NCBI GenBank assembly: GCA_964016885.1
Contig: OZ024742.1
Span: forward strand, 251,658,001-251,722,000
Reading direction: 5' to 3'
Source: Eledone cirrhosa
Lineage: Eukaryota
DNA: 64,000 nucleotides
The notes beneath the pieces are model-generated. The model made no database searches, was not told the origin of the DNA, and worked only from the letters and a program-made list of their open reading frames with translations. Positions 14,201-30,434 of this stretch are shown here, piece by piece (position 1 is the stretch's first letter; every line of letters begins with the position of its first letter). The position numbers were made by a program, and so were the translations under genes.

Positions 14201-17200
14201 GTGTCACGACAAAAAAACACACAGTCCACGCTGTAATGTGGCCGTGTAGGCAACACGGTAAAAACCTCCCAGACCCACACTGTAAATGTGGTTGGTGTTA
14301 GGAAGGGCATCCAACTGTAGAAAACCTGCCAGACAGTCCTATGCGAGCAAGACAATCACTCTTGCCTCAAGTGGGACTACCCCCGTCCAAACCCATGCAA
14401 GCGTGGAACACGGACGTTAAACGTTGATGATGATGATGATGATGATGATATATATATATATATATATATATACCCATGCTAATGTGGAAAATGGATGTTA
14501 AATGATGATGATACACACACACGCATGTACGTGTGTGTGTGTGAGTCCTGGTTTTCCTGATGATTTCTTTTGAATGAAATATTTCTAGTCCTCTAGAAGC
14601 CATTTCTATATTAAACATGTATATATGTATGTATATATGTGTATGTATGTTGTATATATATGCATAGTAAGAATATTTTCGAAACAGCGAGGCAGTTTGA
14701 AATTATAAATGTAAGCTTGTATGATGCCTGCATACGAACAGCAATGTTACATGGCAGTGAGACCTGGGCATTGCATGCAGAGGATATACACAGACTGGAG
14801 AGGAACGAAGCTTGCATGCTCCGCTGGATGTGTAATAGTAATATACGTGAACGGCAAAGCATAAACGAACTAAGGGAGAAATTAGGAATAAGAGGGATCA
14901 GATGCTGTTTACTCGAGAGAAGACTACGTTGGTACGGTCACGTGATGCGCATGAAAGACAACAACTGTATAAAAAAGTGCAGGGCAATAAAAATAGACAG
15001 TAGCCATGGAGTAGGCAGGCCCAGAAAAACCTGGGACGACTTGCTAAATTCCGACCTTACACACTTACACCTCTCCAAGACAATGTCACTGGACCGAGAT
15101 CTTTGGCGATACACAGTAATACAGAAGACCCGCCTTGCATAAGTACAAAGCGAAACCTACAGTCAGTAGGCACCTCTAACAAAATACACCCCGGCCCCAC
15201 TACCCCACCCCATCCACACCACCCCTTTCAATGTAAAGTTATGTTGGTACCACAACATCCAGTCCGAAACAAATGAGGTCGTGTAGGTGTCACGACAAAA
15301 AAAAAACACACAGTCCACGCTGTAATGTGGCCGTGTAGTTAACACGGTAAAAACTTCCCAGTCCACACTGTAAACGTGGTTGGTGTTAGGAAGGGCATCC
15401 AGCCGTAGAAAACCCGCCAGACAGTCCTATACGAGCAAGACAACCAATCTTGCCTCAAGTGGGAAAATTCCCGTCCAAACCTATGTTAGCGTGGAAGATG
15501 GACGTTAAACGATGATGATGATGATGAAGCTATCGCCGTATTTTGATTAAAGAAATTAAAGAAAATTATTTAGCCTGATAGTGGGGTTAAGAACCCTCGG
15601 AGAAATGGAAAAAGATGAGTATTGACGTATATATATGTGTATATATATAGGTAGTCAAATATGACTACCTAGCTTTACTATATCTCCCAGGTAACACTAA
15701 ATCATGCACATACATATATATATATATATATTGCATATAGACACATTTGTGTGTGTCTACTTATCTGCACTTTCTAACATTCACAATAGTACACTTGCTT
15801 GTCCAGTTTGGCTAGCTTACCATAGACATACACGCACGCACATACATACAGACACTGTTAATATACATTGTATTCATAATGAGTCTTCTTAGTTCCCTCA
15901 GTAATACCTCTCTGACCCACCCTCTCTCAACTGATCTGCTCCCCCTCCCCATCTGTTGACATTATACTCAGCACTGGTGTCCTGTATTTCTATTTCCAGC
16001 CTAATATATAAATAAATATCTTTTAAATAAGTGAACCTATTGTTTGAACTGTTGTATGTGTATGTCTTTTGGATTGAATAGAAGGGAACAGAGTACAGAT
16101 AACACCTCCTCCTCCTAGCAAATGACACTGATCAGTGATCATCATCATCATTGTGACCACAGTCAAACATTCCTGACAAAGTCTCTTCACAATTTACTAT
16201 TTTCCATTGCTCCCTACTGGGGTTTTTATCAGCAGAGAGTTGATTGATGAAGGTTCAAGCAGGTGTTCCTCTTCTGTCTCCCAGGAGTTGGTTCCCACAA
16301 TAGTACTTTGTGTATAACTTCCTGCTTAAATGCCCAACAATGTCCTGCAAATTGTCACCATCTTTGAGTAATTGTAGTTGTTATCTTGAGCAAGTTTCTG
16401 TATAAACTTTCATTTGTAATACGCTGAAGCCAGTTTGTTTTGTACAACCCTAAGTATTTTAGTGTATTTCCTATCTAAATTCTTAAGTGCTTGTGTCAGG
16501 GTCCATGTACCTGATTCATACAACACTGACTCAACAAATGATCAATCATCTATTCCATTCTGACATGGTTTCTGTGGCTGGACGCCACTTCATGGCATGT
16601 ATCGGGTGCTTTTCTTCGAGGCACCAGTACTACTACCTGACAGGGTGGCTTGGATGAATTTTAGCATGGCAACCAACATTACCACTTTACAGTGTAGGCT
16701 AGGTACATTTTATTGTGGTACTAACAATATCACTTTTCAACATGAAGGTGCTTGTTTTATACTGCACACGCATGTGTCTGTGTGTGTGTGTTGAAAACAC
16801 AACTGTGCTCCGGTTTGATCATTTTCATTAAAGATTTTTGTATGTTTCCTTGTTAGTTCTTCATGCGTTGTTTGGAACAGCAGAATTCCTAAATCTGTGT
16901 GTGTATTAATGTTTCAAAACTTTCATGCCTCCATCTTCAGAGTCAAAATGGCCATGTTAGTGGTGTATTGGTTAAGTGCTTAGCGGGTGTCAAAAAGGAT
17001 CATGGGATTGACAGGAAATCATGGACACCCAACTAAAAATGTTCCAATAGTTGAAACATTGGTATAATTAGTTTCACATATACTGTATCTGTGTGTTAAC
17101 TTCTAGTATAAAATCTGATATTAATTGTTCACTTTGTTTTGTGTGGAATTCTATATTAGGATGTAGTGTTATCAACTAAAGTCCAATATAATTTTTTGCA

Positions 17201-20200
17201 TGTTCTGTATGGAAATGTATTGCAATAGTTCCTTGTTATAAATGCTTAGCTAACCGACAAAGTGTTCTGCTTGTGGGACCAATGTAACAATTTTGATTAT
17301 GAAGTTCTTAACTTGTTTGCTTAGAAATTTATATATTACATTGGTCATATGCAGTATATTTTGTGGTTTACCAGTCTGTGATTTTTTGTTAAGTTTTTTT
17401 TTTATTTTTGTATCTTTGTGCTATATTTTAACTATTAGTTTCTGGTGAGGATCTATTCATGCTTTGATCTTTTAGGATCCCTGCTAAGAATGTGACCAAT
17501 ACACCACTAGTATGACCATTCTCATTTTGAAGAGGTACTGTAATGAATTAGTACTGGTGCCACTAGAAAAGCACCCAGACAAGTCTGTACAACCTTAATA
17601 AAAAATACTCCCAGTACACTCTGTAAAGTGGTTGGTGTTAAGAACATCCAGCCAAAGAAACCAAGCCAAAACCAAGTGTATGAGCAGGACCTAGTCACCT
17701 GACCAGTCTAGCCTCAGCACATGACAGCCATCCTTTTAACAATTATTTTCCATGCAAGCATGGAAAATAGTTGTTAAGCAGTGATATGTTTGTGTGTTAT
17801 CATCATCACTGTTTTATGTTTGCTTTACCATGCTTGCATGGTAAAGCAAACATACAGGTCTTTAATTGCACAACAGCTCTTTAATTGTCATAGTCCTTCA
17901 TTTCCTCTGTGACATTCAGTGATTTTGAGATCTTCCTTGGTCTCCCTTTACCACAGTTTCTTTCCACTGGGATTTCTTGGCATTTCTTCACCCATCGCTC
18001 ATCATAGCCATCCCAGCACAGTCTTCTATTTTGTACACTACATCTAATTCCTTTTACATCCAGACTCTCTCAGCTCATCTATGCTTTGACTTTCATATAT
18101 AACATAGCACATCCATCAAAGCTTGCTTTACTTCTCTTCAGCCTTTACATATCTTCTGCATTTGATACCCATAGAGGGTCGGACGCCATGCTTTCCAGCA
18201 TAGTTACGTCCCTTTACGATCAGAGTTCAAATCCCACCGAAGTTGACTTTGCCTTTCATCCTTACGGGGTCGATAAAATAAAGTACCAGTAATGCACTGG
18301 GTAATTGCTGGTCTTGTGCCTAAAGTAGAAACAATTATTGTACTTCGTACACATGCCTTTCTTTCATAGAGTGAAAACTTTTGCTGCCAACAGAGATAGT
18401 AGCTCTCTGAACCTTTTCATCCTGTTCTTACTTTAGCTATTATGTTCATAGTACAGCCTCCTCACCCACCTAGGTAACAAAAGCTATCAACCACTTCTAT
18501 GGAGTCTTCCTTGAGATTGAAAAATGTTATTTTACTGATGCTCTTACAACTGCCTCAATGCATTTGACACATACACAGCTTACTTTTTCTGTTGGTCTAC
18601 CTAATATCCCATTACACTTCTTATGTACCCAAGTTACTACCTTTTCTTTTTCTACATGTTGAACAGGGTCACTTTCCTGAGGGTCTTGTTTTCTTTCTTG
18701 CTTATTGGAACTTTTGTTTTTCCCACTTTTATTCTAAGTTCTGGTTCCAAAGCTGGAATTTCTTCTTTAGCTTTTCTACAGATTTTTTTTTTTATTAGAA
18801 ACCAGGTTGATGGACGTGAGACTGAGTGCTCAATACCAAAGTAGTTTAAATATTCATTTATTATGGCTAAGTGGTGAGCCTTGTTACTCTGGAGATTTGG
18901 CTGTACACTCACAGTATCATCAGACAAGACTAAATTTTCAATAATGTAAATAGCGGAAGACTCAAAGATGGGGCGATGGATGGATAGGTGTTTTTGAATG
19001 GGTGTGTCAGGAGGGAAAGAAAGGAATTATGAAAGGCAAAGAAAAAGGAAACTCAGAGAGAGACAAGGAAGATGTGGATATGGTATGTCCAATGGTGATG
19101 TTGGTAATAAAGTTGATGATAGAAATCAGTAAATGGGGGGAAGTTTCAGATGATGATGAATAGTGTAAATGAGATAGATGTAAAATAACTTGAGTAGGTA
19201 ATTGTGTATATATCAGTTGGTGGAGGTGAATAAAATATTTATTGAAAGATAGAATTACTTGAAAAAACAGGAATTAATAAAGAAACAGTAGAATGGTAAT
19301 AGCCTTTGTATTGTGGTAGTGGATTGAGTGAATCAGTTTCTGCTTGTGGGTGTGATGGTGATGAAAATAACTTTAATGTTTAAGGGCTTGTAAAAGTGGA
19401 TAGTGGATTTACTTTTGTAAACAGTAGGTGATGATGATGAAGTATAAAAAAAAGTAAAGGACAAAGGAAGTAAAAGAAAAATAGTAAATGGACATAGTAT
19501 ATATGGTGGGGTTGATGATAAAGAGAAATTTATGAAATTAGCGAAAGATATTATGTATGATAAATAGAAAATAACTTACGTGAGTAGCTGTGTGTATATG
19601 TCTGTTTGTGTCAATTGGTGCATGTGGATAATGGAATTACTAGAAAAGACAAGTGAGGAAGTTAAAATTAGTGAAATTATAGTGTTAAGATGATTGATTG
19701 GTGATAGTGATGGTGGAGTCAAGGAAAGTATGAAAATGTGTAGAATATTTGAAATATATTGTGTATTAGTACTTGTGTCAGCATGGAGCACAAAGCTAAA
19801 AGGCTTGGAGGAGGTGAGAAGTAGGAAAATAAAGAATTAAGAAGTAAGAAAATAATGAAAATGGTGGAAATATGGGAATATAGATGGAAATAGGATGATG
19901 AAAAAATAGGGAAATAATGAAAATAAAATTGAAAGTAATGTTGGGTTACCCACAGTCTGCAAATCAGGAGGTGGCAGTAGTTCATGAGATATAGTATCTA
20001 GAAGGTATGGTAGGGGTGTTTGCTCAAAGTCTATATATGTGAATAAGGTGGGTGTCGGTATGGGGGGGGGGGGGGTATTCCACTATATATACAATCAGGT
20101 ACACATCTGGTGAGTGTTCAAGGAAAACAGTAAGTTATTTAGTGTGTAGATTGGTATCACCTGGGGCATGGATATGCCTCAAGTAGTAGAGGCTGAACAT

Positions 20201-22520
20201 CCTTGTATGCTGGCAGGGTGAAAATGTTTCTTCCCATGAGTTCAGAAATGTTGGTAGCTGAAGTGAGAATATTTACCTTTTCTGTGGTGCATAAGTTACA
20301 ACTAGCACCTCATCCATTATAGGCTTTCGCTTTTGCCACAATACTCCATTTAATGGTGGGGTTTGAGATGCCATTATCTTTCAATTGCCAGATGTATTTA
20401 GACAAAGGCAGTGAAGTTTTTTTTTTTTATGGTATGCAGGTATTGAGAGAAGCGAGATTTGAAAGAGTTTTCAGTCAGTCTTGATACAACTGAAGGTTCT
20501 CCCAACTTTTTGTGTGGCATGCTTTCTATGGGTAGATATTCTTCCTTTCACTAACTACTTTATAGCATGTACTGGGTGTGTTTATCATGTAGATCACCAA
20601 CACTATGGAGGCTGTCATGTCCTTGATTCAACTGAAAGGTCCTCCTTCTATACATATATGCCTCTATATATTTCTCTCTCTCTCTCATACATATATATAT
20701 ATAATCTTACTAATAAAACAGACCATCACATGACATCACTTTGTGCAACAGGAACTGTGCAAGTAGTGGTGAATGTCAGTGTAAAAAAGGTGGAAGTCTG
20801 ACATTTCCTCCTCAGCAACACATGACAAGTGTAATATCCATGCTACCAATCGCGACTTTAGGATCATTTCTATAATTCTTCGATGGATCATATGAAAACG
20901 CAGTTCTTAGCCAGTTTATTCTGCCTTGAGTCATTTGTGATTGCTTCTCTCTCTGTATAACAGCCTATCTCTCTCTCTGCCTCTCCCTCTGTGCCTCTAT
21001 CTCTTTAGATGTGTGTGTGTGTGTGTTCATTATGTCAGTCGTCACAATTGTATGTATACTCACACATACACTCTCACATACATATACTTGTCAGTCAGTA
21101 CATATGTATGTGTGTGTGTGTGTGTGTGTTTAATTCTGTGCAACTTACTTGGGCCTAACATACTAATGAATATTCAAACATATACACTGACACATACACA
21201 TTCATATACAAAATGCAACGTCTACACTCACACTCACATACTTGTCAGTCAATTCATATGTACGTGTAGATGTGTGTGTGTGTGTTTAATTCTCTGAGGC
21301 CTAACGTACATAACAAATGCACATACACACTCGTATACAAAATGTGACGTCGTGGTGGTGGTATAAAATGTCCTTTGGTTGATTAAAGAAAGATTTTAAA
21401 TAAAATGTTATATTGTTTTAATCGAAATGAAAATAAAAATTACATGTTGACACTCCTTGTAAAATTTGATTTCATTTGGTCGAGCCATTTGAGAATGCAG
21501 AGGAAACAGACAGACATGCAGAGAGACAAAGAATTTTATGTAGAGAGAGATGGACATGTGTATATATGGGAGTTTGGACAATAAAAACAATATCGATTCA
21601 TCTATCTAGCTCTCAACATTCTTACCTATTTATTGAACGGATGTGTTTTTGTTTATGGAAACTTAAATAGATGAAGTATGGCATAAAAGCATGAAGGGAG
21701 TACAGCTAGAATGAAGGAGAGAGACACTGAGCAGATGACATATATATCATCATCATCATTGTTTAATGTCTATCTTCCACGCTAGCATGGGTTAAATGGG
21801 TTTGTCCCATTTGAGGCAAGTTGGGTCGGGGGACTGCCTTACTCATATAGGACTTATATATATTTATACATGTATATATGTATATATATATATATTTATA
21901 TTTATATATATTTATACATGTATATATGGAGGTTTGGACAATAAAAGCATCTATTTCTTTACCTACCTACCTACCTCTCTACATTTCTGTCTATAGATAT
22001 CCATTTATGTACAACAAAAACACAAATCCCAATAGCAGTCTGAAAATAGATAGATCGATACATCAGTAGAACAAAATCATCATAATTTAATGGATATGTT
22101 TGATAATGATTACAGAAAATATAGAAGAAAATAATAGTAACTGATATAAATGAATGTAAAGTGAAATGCAATAATGGCTGGAGTAAGAAGAGGAAACTTC
22201 AGGATTCAAACATCTTTATATAGAATGTTGTAATCAAGGACTTATGAAATTAAATATATTTTTACTGTCACTTATGTTGCTTTTGATGAGAACTGTACTG
22301 TACTGGTGCATTCTAAAGCCATCCATCAGGCCACAGTCGAAAGAGGCAGGCAAAGAAGAGGCAGGCAAAGAAAATCCTGGTCCAACACCAAAGACTGGAC
22401 AGGTTACAACACCGAGACCCTTCTACGCATGGAGGAGAATATAGACCTGTGGTGACAAGTGTCTGGAGTGGCACCCCAACAACTGGCTGCACATGTTGTA
22501 GGAACATGGTGATGATATTA

Positions 22521-22572
<52 letters not shown>

Positions 22573-25500
22573 TCATGTACATTGATAAACTAAAGTGACC
22601 TTTCATTGATTTTTTTTTTTTTTTTTTTTTTTTTTCTCTCTCCAGTTTCTTCTTTCTGGTTGGTTAACAGGAAATTATAGTCTTGGCTGTCAACCTGTTG
22701 ATTACTCCTACACTCCACAGGCAATAAGGGTGAGTCATTTCTTCCAATTTTCAATTGAATCCCAAACTATTGAACTATTGCACCCTTCATCATTTTAATT
22801 ATATATATATAACCCATGCTAGCGTGGAAGATAGACATTAAACGATGATGATGATGTACCACTTGGCACATGGCCTAGTGGTAAGAGTGTTGGACTTACA
22901 ATCATAATGTCGTGGGTTTGATTCCTGGACTGGGTTGCGTGCTGTGTTCTTGAGCAAAACACTTTATTTCACATTGCTCAGTATACTCAGCTGAAAATGA
23001 GTATCAGCAATAGTTGGGGGTTTAACCCTGCAAAGGACTGGTGTCCTGTACAGGGAAGTCTTGTACTCTATCGCTTAACACCACGAAACTAGGATAAGCA
23101 CCATCTTGATGAGCCTCTGGACTCAAGACAGACTTTAGATGTATGTGAGTGTTATATCTGTATATCATATATGTGTGAATGTGCATGGCCTAATGGTTAG
23201 TGTTGAACTTATGATTCTTGGATTGGGTTGTGTTCTTGAGCAAAGCAATTCATTTCACATTACTCCAGTATACTCAATTAAAAATGAATACCAGCAGGAC
23301 TGACATCCTGTTCAGGGGAAAGGATTGTAGACTTTAGATTTTTAATATATGTGTAATATACATGTATATTATATATGTGTAATATACATGTATATTATAT
23401 ATCTATATTATGTGTCTTATATGTATATTATATATGTATTGAGTGAGACATTGTCCCATGACCTGTTTAGGAGGACAGCAATTTCAAATTAGTTTTACAG
23501 GATTGAGACTGTTTCAGTCTCTGATAAAATCACAAGCTTTCCTGATGATTTCACCACCAAGTGAAACATTAGAAGTCACTTCTCAATGAAATAAACCTAA
23601 ATACCTCTTTATTAAGTACCTTACTTTGTGTCTTTCTTCTGTTCTTTCAGCAACAAGATCTAGAGCTGTTATTTTTTAGTGTATTATTGTGAAATAAATC
23701 GTGCAAGGACCATCATAAAGTAGAATTCCAATTGTTATTTAAATGTAGTCATAGATCCTTTGTTTTAATAAAAAATAATGAAAAGCTGTTGTCATTTGAA
23801 TCCCAATCTTACATTGAACATGAGGATGGAAGTTTTACCACTGTGCAATGTTGCTTAGAGAATTTTCATAGCTCTCAAAGCCAAAATTTGGTACCTGTGA
23901 TTTCAAGATTTTCTTGATATACATTGCTGTGTATCTCTCCCTTCTTTGCCCCACAAAGAAATACACACTATTTCAATCAGTTAATTAATGAAGAATTTTG
24001 AGGGACTTACTAAAATTATTGATTATTGTTGGGTGATTTAAATATAAATAGTAACCCCTTAAAGTGGGTACTTTTGTTGCATAGCATCAGAGCCAGTATT
24101 GGTCGAGTTGGTATCAAGAGGGTTGAACATTTTGATCAAGATGTAGTTTGCAAGAGAGGAGATTGCTGGTATGTGATGTGCATGAAGGAAGATTGTAAAG
24201 GACATGAAAAGAAAGTGGTGAAAACTGATCTATCAATAGGTCCCACTGCTTGCATGGATTCCCTTGACTCTGTCATCATCCCATTTTATTGTTCATCATA
24301 TTCAGCAGGTCAGAGGGATTGCAGTTTATGTCATCACAAATTTGCTTGATATTAGTCTTGAATTGTTGTCCTGATATCTTTTCTTTGTGTAGGCTCCCAC
24401 AAAAGAACTTCACTAACAATTTCATCTTTGGATCTCCAGTAATGGCTTGCAAATCTGATTCTATGCTCTTTGATGATGTCTGATACTGGACAAAGATTCT
24501 CATACAGTCACTCATTGGTCAGACAATCTCTTGAAGTGACATTCAAAGTTACTCTTAGTATGCAAGTTAGGCTCCATCTAATCTTCTTTCCAGTTTTGAG
24601 GTAAGGGTCAAGAGGTTAAAGATGATGAAAGACAACAAGCTAGAGAGACCCATGCAATGCATGGAAGCATGGAAAAACAGATGTAGCAAGATTAGGATGA
24701 TGATATACACACCTTCATGTAATTTTTCTATTATAACAATTTCAATAGTTGTTGGACTTCCATTGGTTCTGACAATTGTTCTCGTTGTTTGATCACTGGA
24801 ACAGTCTGCTTGTGAAATTAATGTACATTCCACAAACACATGCACCCTTAACGTAGTTTTCAGGGAGATTCAGCATGATGCAGTGTGTAAAAAAGGTGGA
24901 ACATGAAATAAAGTGTCTTGCTCAAGGACACAACACATTGCCAGGAATTGACCTTACCTTACAATTGTGAGCTACACACATTAACCATAAGCTCATGTAC
25001 CTTCACAACAATTTCAGTAAGGGAACAGAGAATCTTTTTTTTTTATTATTATTATGCTAGCGTGGAAGATGGACGTTAAACAATGATGATGATGATTCTC
25101 AGAATCTAAGTTGTTTCTCCCCACTAGAATATTCCATATTTCCCCACATATTTCATTGTTTTGTATCTTTATAATTTAATTTCTTTTCAGATGGCTAAAG
25201 TATCATGGCTATTCTTCTTCTCAAAGTTCATTGAGTTCTTCGATACAGTAAGTGGAATTCATTCAATCAAAACTATAAATAGTTTCATTGCTAGACATTC
25301 TTGAAAAGTACAAAATAGCAGTGACAGCATCACATTAAAATTTTAAATCTTTATACTCATACTGCAAATTTTCACAATGATTGCACAAACATTTGAATTA
25401 ACAAACCTGTTTTTAAATATTTTCAGCTCAGTCATTGCAGAATGTTAAGAAATGCTTGTGACTGAGGTCTATATTGTTTCATTCTAGTTATTTTTCATCC

Positions 25501-28360
25501 TGAGAAAGAAATTTGGTCATATATCATTCCTGCATGTTTTCCATCATGGTGCCTTACCCTTCATGTGGTGGTTTGGTGTCAAGTTTGTACCGGGTAAGTC
25601 ACTTTCTCTTACTTTTACTAAAATATTTGAAATTTATTTGTTGTTGTGAAAAGTTGCCACAATTTGTATATTAACTATAAAATAGTTGAATATATTAAGT
25701 AAATTACTCTTGGAGACGGGAACAGTGATATGTATGGGTGTAATGGCTATCACAGCCATCTAGTATATGACAGCTGTATAACTCAATTCCCACAGGTGTC
25801 TCCTAAGTTACCTAATATGTTGAACTATTTTATAGTTAATATATGGATAAAATTTCTTTTATGTGTTTATTTTTTGTTATTTTATCATCGTGTGAGAAGA
25901 GAAAAGGGCACTGCCTATGATACTTTTTCAGGTCTTCTGGGATTAATGGAAGGAAGTGTAGTGACCTACATTCCGCGGGCTCATTTCCATTCTCCGTGCG
26001 TTATTTGGCTCAGCCAGTCAATGACCGCCAGTGGAGGGGAATGTATTTCTATGCACCCTGCAGGGAAAATTCCCGCGTCGATTCGAGAAACTCACCAACT
26101 CACTAAAGAAAGAAGTTATCCTCAGACTAGAGTTTTGATAATATATGCCAAAAAATGGACCCTGATAAAGGGACACAAGGGCTAAGTAATGTTTAGAGTC
26201 CTTTAATAGAATCATTTTGCCTGGGACTTTGTTTTAAATCTTAAGCTGGGGAGCTGTGGCATAGTGACTCCTGTAAAAGAATTTTACTGACTATCTAAAT
26301 CCATGCTAGCATGGAAGATAGACGTTAAATGATGATGATGATGATTGTACAGGAACGAAAGAGTTACTGTCCTCTCTTGTATCCACTAAGTTTGTTATAT
26401 CTTATATTTGTATATGTTATTTATTGAATATGTATGAGTGCGATACTGCATGGTAGTGAGACATGGGCAGCAACTGCAGAGCATATGCGACGGCTGGAGA
26501 AAAATGATGTAAACATGCTCCATTGGATGTGCAATGTCAATGTTCGTGAATGACCGAGCATGGATGTGTTGAGAGAGAAACTCTGAGAAGGATAGATTGT
26601 AGTGTGCGAGAAAGGAGACTGCGATGGTATGGACATGTGATGCGCATGGAGGATGACTAATGGGTGAAGAAGTGCCAGGAAATGCCAGTTGAAGGAAGAT
26701 GTAGTAAAGGTAGACCACGAAAAACATGGGCGGAGGTGGTGAGAGCAGACCTCAGATTGCTGAAACTCACAGTGGAGATGACGAAGGACCGTGACAAGTG
26801 GAGAGATGCTGTGCTGAATAGGACCCGTCCCACCCTTGCAAGCAGGGAAAAGCGGATGTAAGATGATGATGATAGTCCAACATGTGCATGCATGTGCGTA
26901 TATCATCATAATCATTTAGCGTCCATCTTCCATGCTAGCATGGGTAGCACAGGTTGTCCCTTTGTGAGGGATCAGGTCTGGGGACCATGATTCGCTCACA
27001 CAGAACTGATTTTGGCTTGGACTCTACGGCTGGATGCCCTTCCTAACGCCAACCACATTTACAGTGTGTGCTGTGTGCTTTTTGCCGTGTCGCCTACACA
27101 ACCACTTTACAGTGTGGACTGGGTGCTTTTTGTCATGACACCTACATGACCACTATAGTGTGGACTGGGCTCTTTTGTTGTGGATCCAGGAGGGATCACT
27201 TTATAGAGGAGGTTGGAAACTTGGGAGGAGTGGGAAAGATGCTTTGGAAAATTGGGGACGTAGGTTTATATGCATGCATATGTGTTTATGTTATGTATGT
27301 ATATATGTATGTTTTTCATTGATGTTTATCATTCATTTTTTTTTTTTTTATTATTTCAGGTGGATTTGGTACATTCCATGCTATGATTAATTCTTTTATA
27401 CATCTAATCATGTATACCTATTATGGTTTAGCTGCCATGGGACCAAAATTTCAAAAATATTTGTGGTGGAAGAAGTATCTGACGACTCTTCAACTTGTAA
27501 GTGGTTTTTGCACATAACTAATATGTTTCTACTTTAGGCACAAGGCCAGCAATTACCCAGTTCATTACTGGTACTTTATTTTATCGACCCCGTAAGGATG
27601 AAAGGCAAAGTCAACCTCGGCGGGATTTGAACTCAGATCGTAAAGGGACGTAACTATGCTGGAAAGCATGGCGTCCGACCCTCTACTGCCAATCCACCGC
27701 ACATAACTAATATTGTTTCATAATTAGTTTCCTCGGTGTGCATATATGAAAATGGTGGTGGCGATAATTTATATATATATATATCCGTATGTGGTTGACG
27801 GCTGAGAGAAAGCAGTACTCAATACCTAAGTAGAGTATTAATATTCAATATTATTAAGGCTAAATAGTGAGTCTTATTACTCTGGAATTTTGCCCGTTTA
27901 TCATTGATGACCCTGTGGTAACTCCAGAATAACAAGATTCACTACTTAGCCATAATAAAATGAATGTGTGTGTGTATATATATATTCTCCCTTATCATTC
28001 ACCCCCCCTTAGCGGTAACCATACCTCCCCTACTACCTTGTCCGCAATTTCCCCAAGCTTCCTAGCCCCAAGTCAAAAGTGCCCAGTCCCCACTGTAAAG
28101 TGGTCATTTCGGTGACATGACAAAAAGCACCCAGCTGTAGAAACCAAGCCTAAATCTGCCCCAGGTGAGCTAAATATGGTCCTCTGCCCTGTTTTGTTTT
28201 CCTTAAGAGTCAATCCGTCCTGCCCATGAAGATGGATGTTAAACGACGCAATTGATGACATATGTGTGTATATATATATGAAGTGTGTATGTATATATAT
28301 GTATAATGCACACATATATGTGTATATCATTATCATGATATATGCGTGTGTGTGTGTGTG

Positions 28361-28392
<32 letters not shown>

Positions 28393-28889
28393 TATATACA
28401 TATATACAACAAACCCATCTAACCCATACTAGTGTGGAAGATAAACGTTAATTGATGATGATTATATAAATATATATATATAATATACATGTATGCACAC
28501 GCATACATATACATACGTATATATATATAATATATATATATATCATCATTTCATCATCATTTCATTTTACGTCCGCTTTTTCCCTGCTTGCAAGGGTGGG
28601 ACGGGAACTGATTCTGGCTTGATTTTTACAGCTGGATGCCCTTCCTAACACCAACCTCATTTACAGTGAGTGCTGGGTGCTTTTTTTGCCATGGCACCTC
28701 CACGACCACTTTGCAGTGGAATGATAGGGACCCCAGTCCCTATCATCTCATTTCTACAGCTGAGTAAACTGGAGCAATGTGAAATAAAGTGTCTTGCTCA
28801 AGGAAACAACACATCACCCGGTCTGAGAATTGAACTCACAACCTTTTGATTGCAATGCCAATGCTCTAACCACTAAGCCATGTGCCTCC

Positions 28890-28951
<62 letters not shown>

Positions 28952-30369
28952 CATCATCATCGTTTAACGTCCATTTTCCATGCTAGCATGGGTCTGGACA
29001 GGAATTGTCCACTTGAGGCAAGATTGGTTGTCTTGCTCAGGACTGTCTGGCGGGTTTTCTACGGGTTATCAAGTCGTCCCAGGTTTTTCTGGGTCTGCCT
29101 ACTCCGTGGCTACCGTCTATTTTTATCGCCCTGCACTCTTTTATACAGCCGTCGTCTTTCATGCGCATCACGTGACCGTACCAACGTAGTCTTCTCTCGA
29201 GTAAACAACATCTGATCCCTCTTATTCCTAATTTCTCCCTTAGTTCGTTTATGCTTTGCCGTTCACGTATATTACTATTACACATCCAGAGGAGCATGCA
29301 AGCTTCGTTTCTCTCCAGTCTGCATATATCCTCTGCACACAATGCCCAGGTCTCACTGCCATGTACATTGCTGTTCGTATGCAAGCATCATACAGCCTGC
29401 CTTTCATTTTTAGAGAGAACCCTTTAGCGGCCAATAGTGGTATAAGCTCTCTGAACTTTTTCCAACTCGTTCTGACTCTAGCTACTGTACTTTCAGAGCA
29501 CTCTCCTCCACTGCTGATTTTGTCACCCAGGTAACGGAAGCTGTCCACTATTTCTATAGAACCATCTGTGCAATGGAATGAGCTACTATTCGGTGGGCAC
29601 TTGCTGCTACTTATTGTACCAGAGCACCGGCCACATATAAAATCTATATTCTTAGTTAGCTTACCTGTGATCCCACTACATCTTTTATGCACCCATACTT
29701 TGCATTTGGGACATAAAATGGAGTTTCTGCCTACTCCTTTCCTACACACTGAGCATGGCCATTTTCCTTCCTACAAACTAGAACTTTAGTCTTAGACAAA
29801 TTAACTTTAAGGCCTTTTGATTCTAGGCCATGCTTCCATGTTTGGAATTTCTTCTCTAGTTCCGCCATTGATTCAGCTATGAGCGTTAGATCATCTGCAT
29901 ATAGGAGTTCCCATGGGCAGCCGGTCTTGAACTCCTCTGTTATAGCCTGAAGGGCAATAATAAATAGTAGGGGGCTAAGGATGGAGCCCTGATGAACACC
30001 AACTTTTACGCTAAACTCTTCACTATATTCGTTGTTAATTCTAACCTTGCTGACTGTTTCTTTATACATGGCTTGTATAGCTCTCACAAGCCATTCATCA
30101 ACACCTAGTTTTCTAAGGGCCCACCAGATAATCGAGCGGGGTACTCTGTCAAAGGCTTTCTCCAAGTCAACAAAGGCTAAGTATAGGGGTTTACTTTTAG
30201 CTAGGTACTTCTCCTGTAGTTGTTGTACAATGAAGAGAGCGTCTGTTGTACTTTTACCTGACACAAACCCGAATTGCATTTCATCTAGATCAATTCGCTC
30301 TCTGATTAGTTGCGCTATTACTTTTTCTGTGACCTTCATGACCTGGTCAATTAATTTAATGCTTCTATA

Positions 30370-30434
<65 letters not shown>

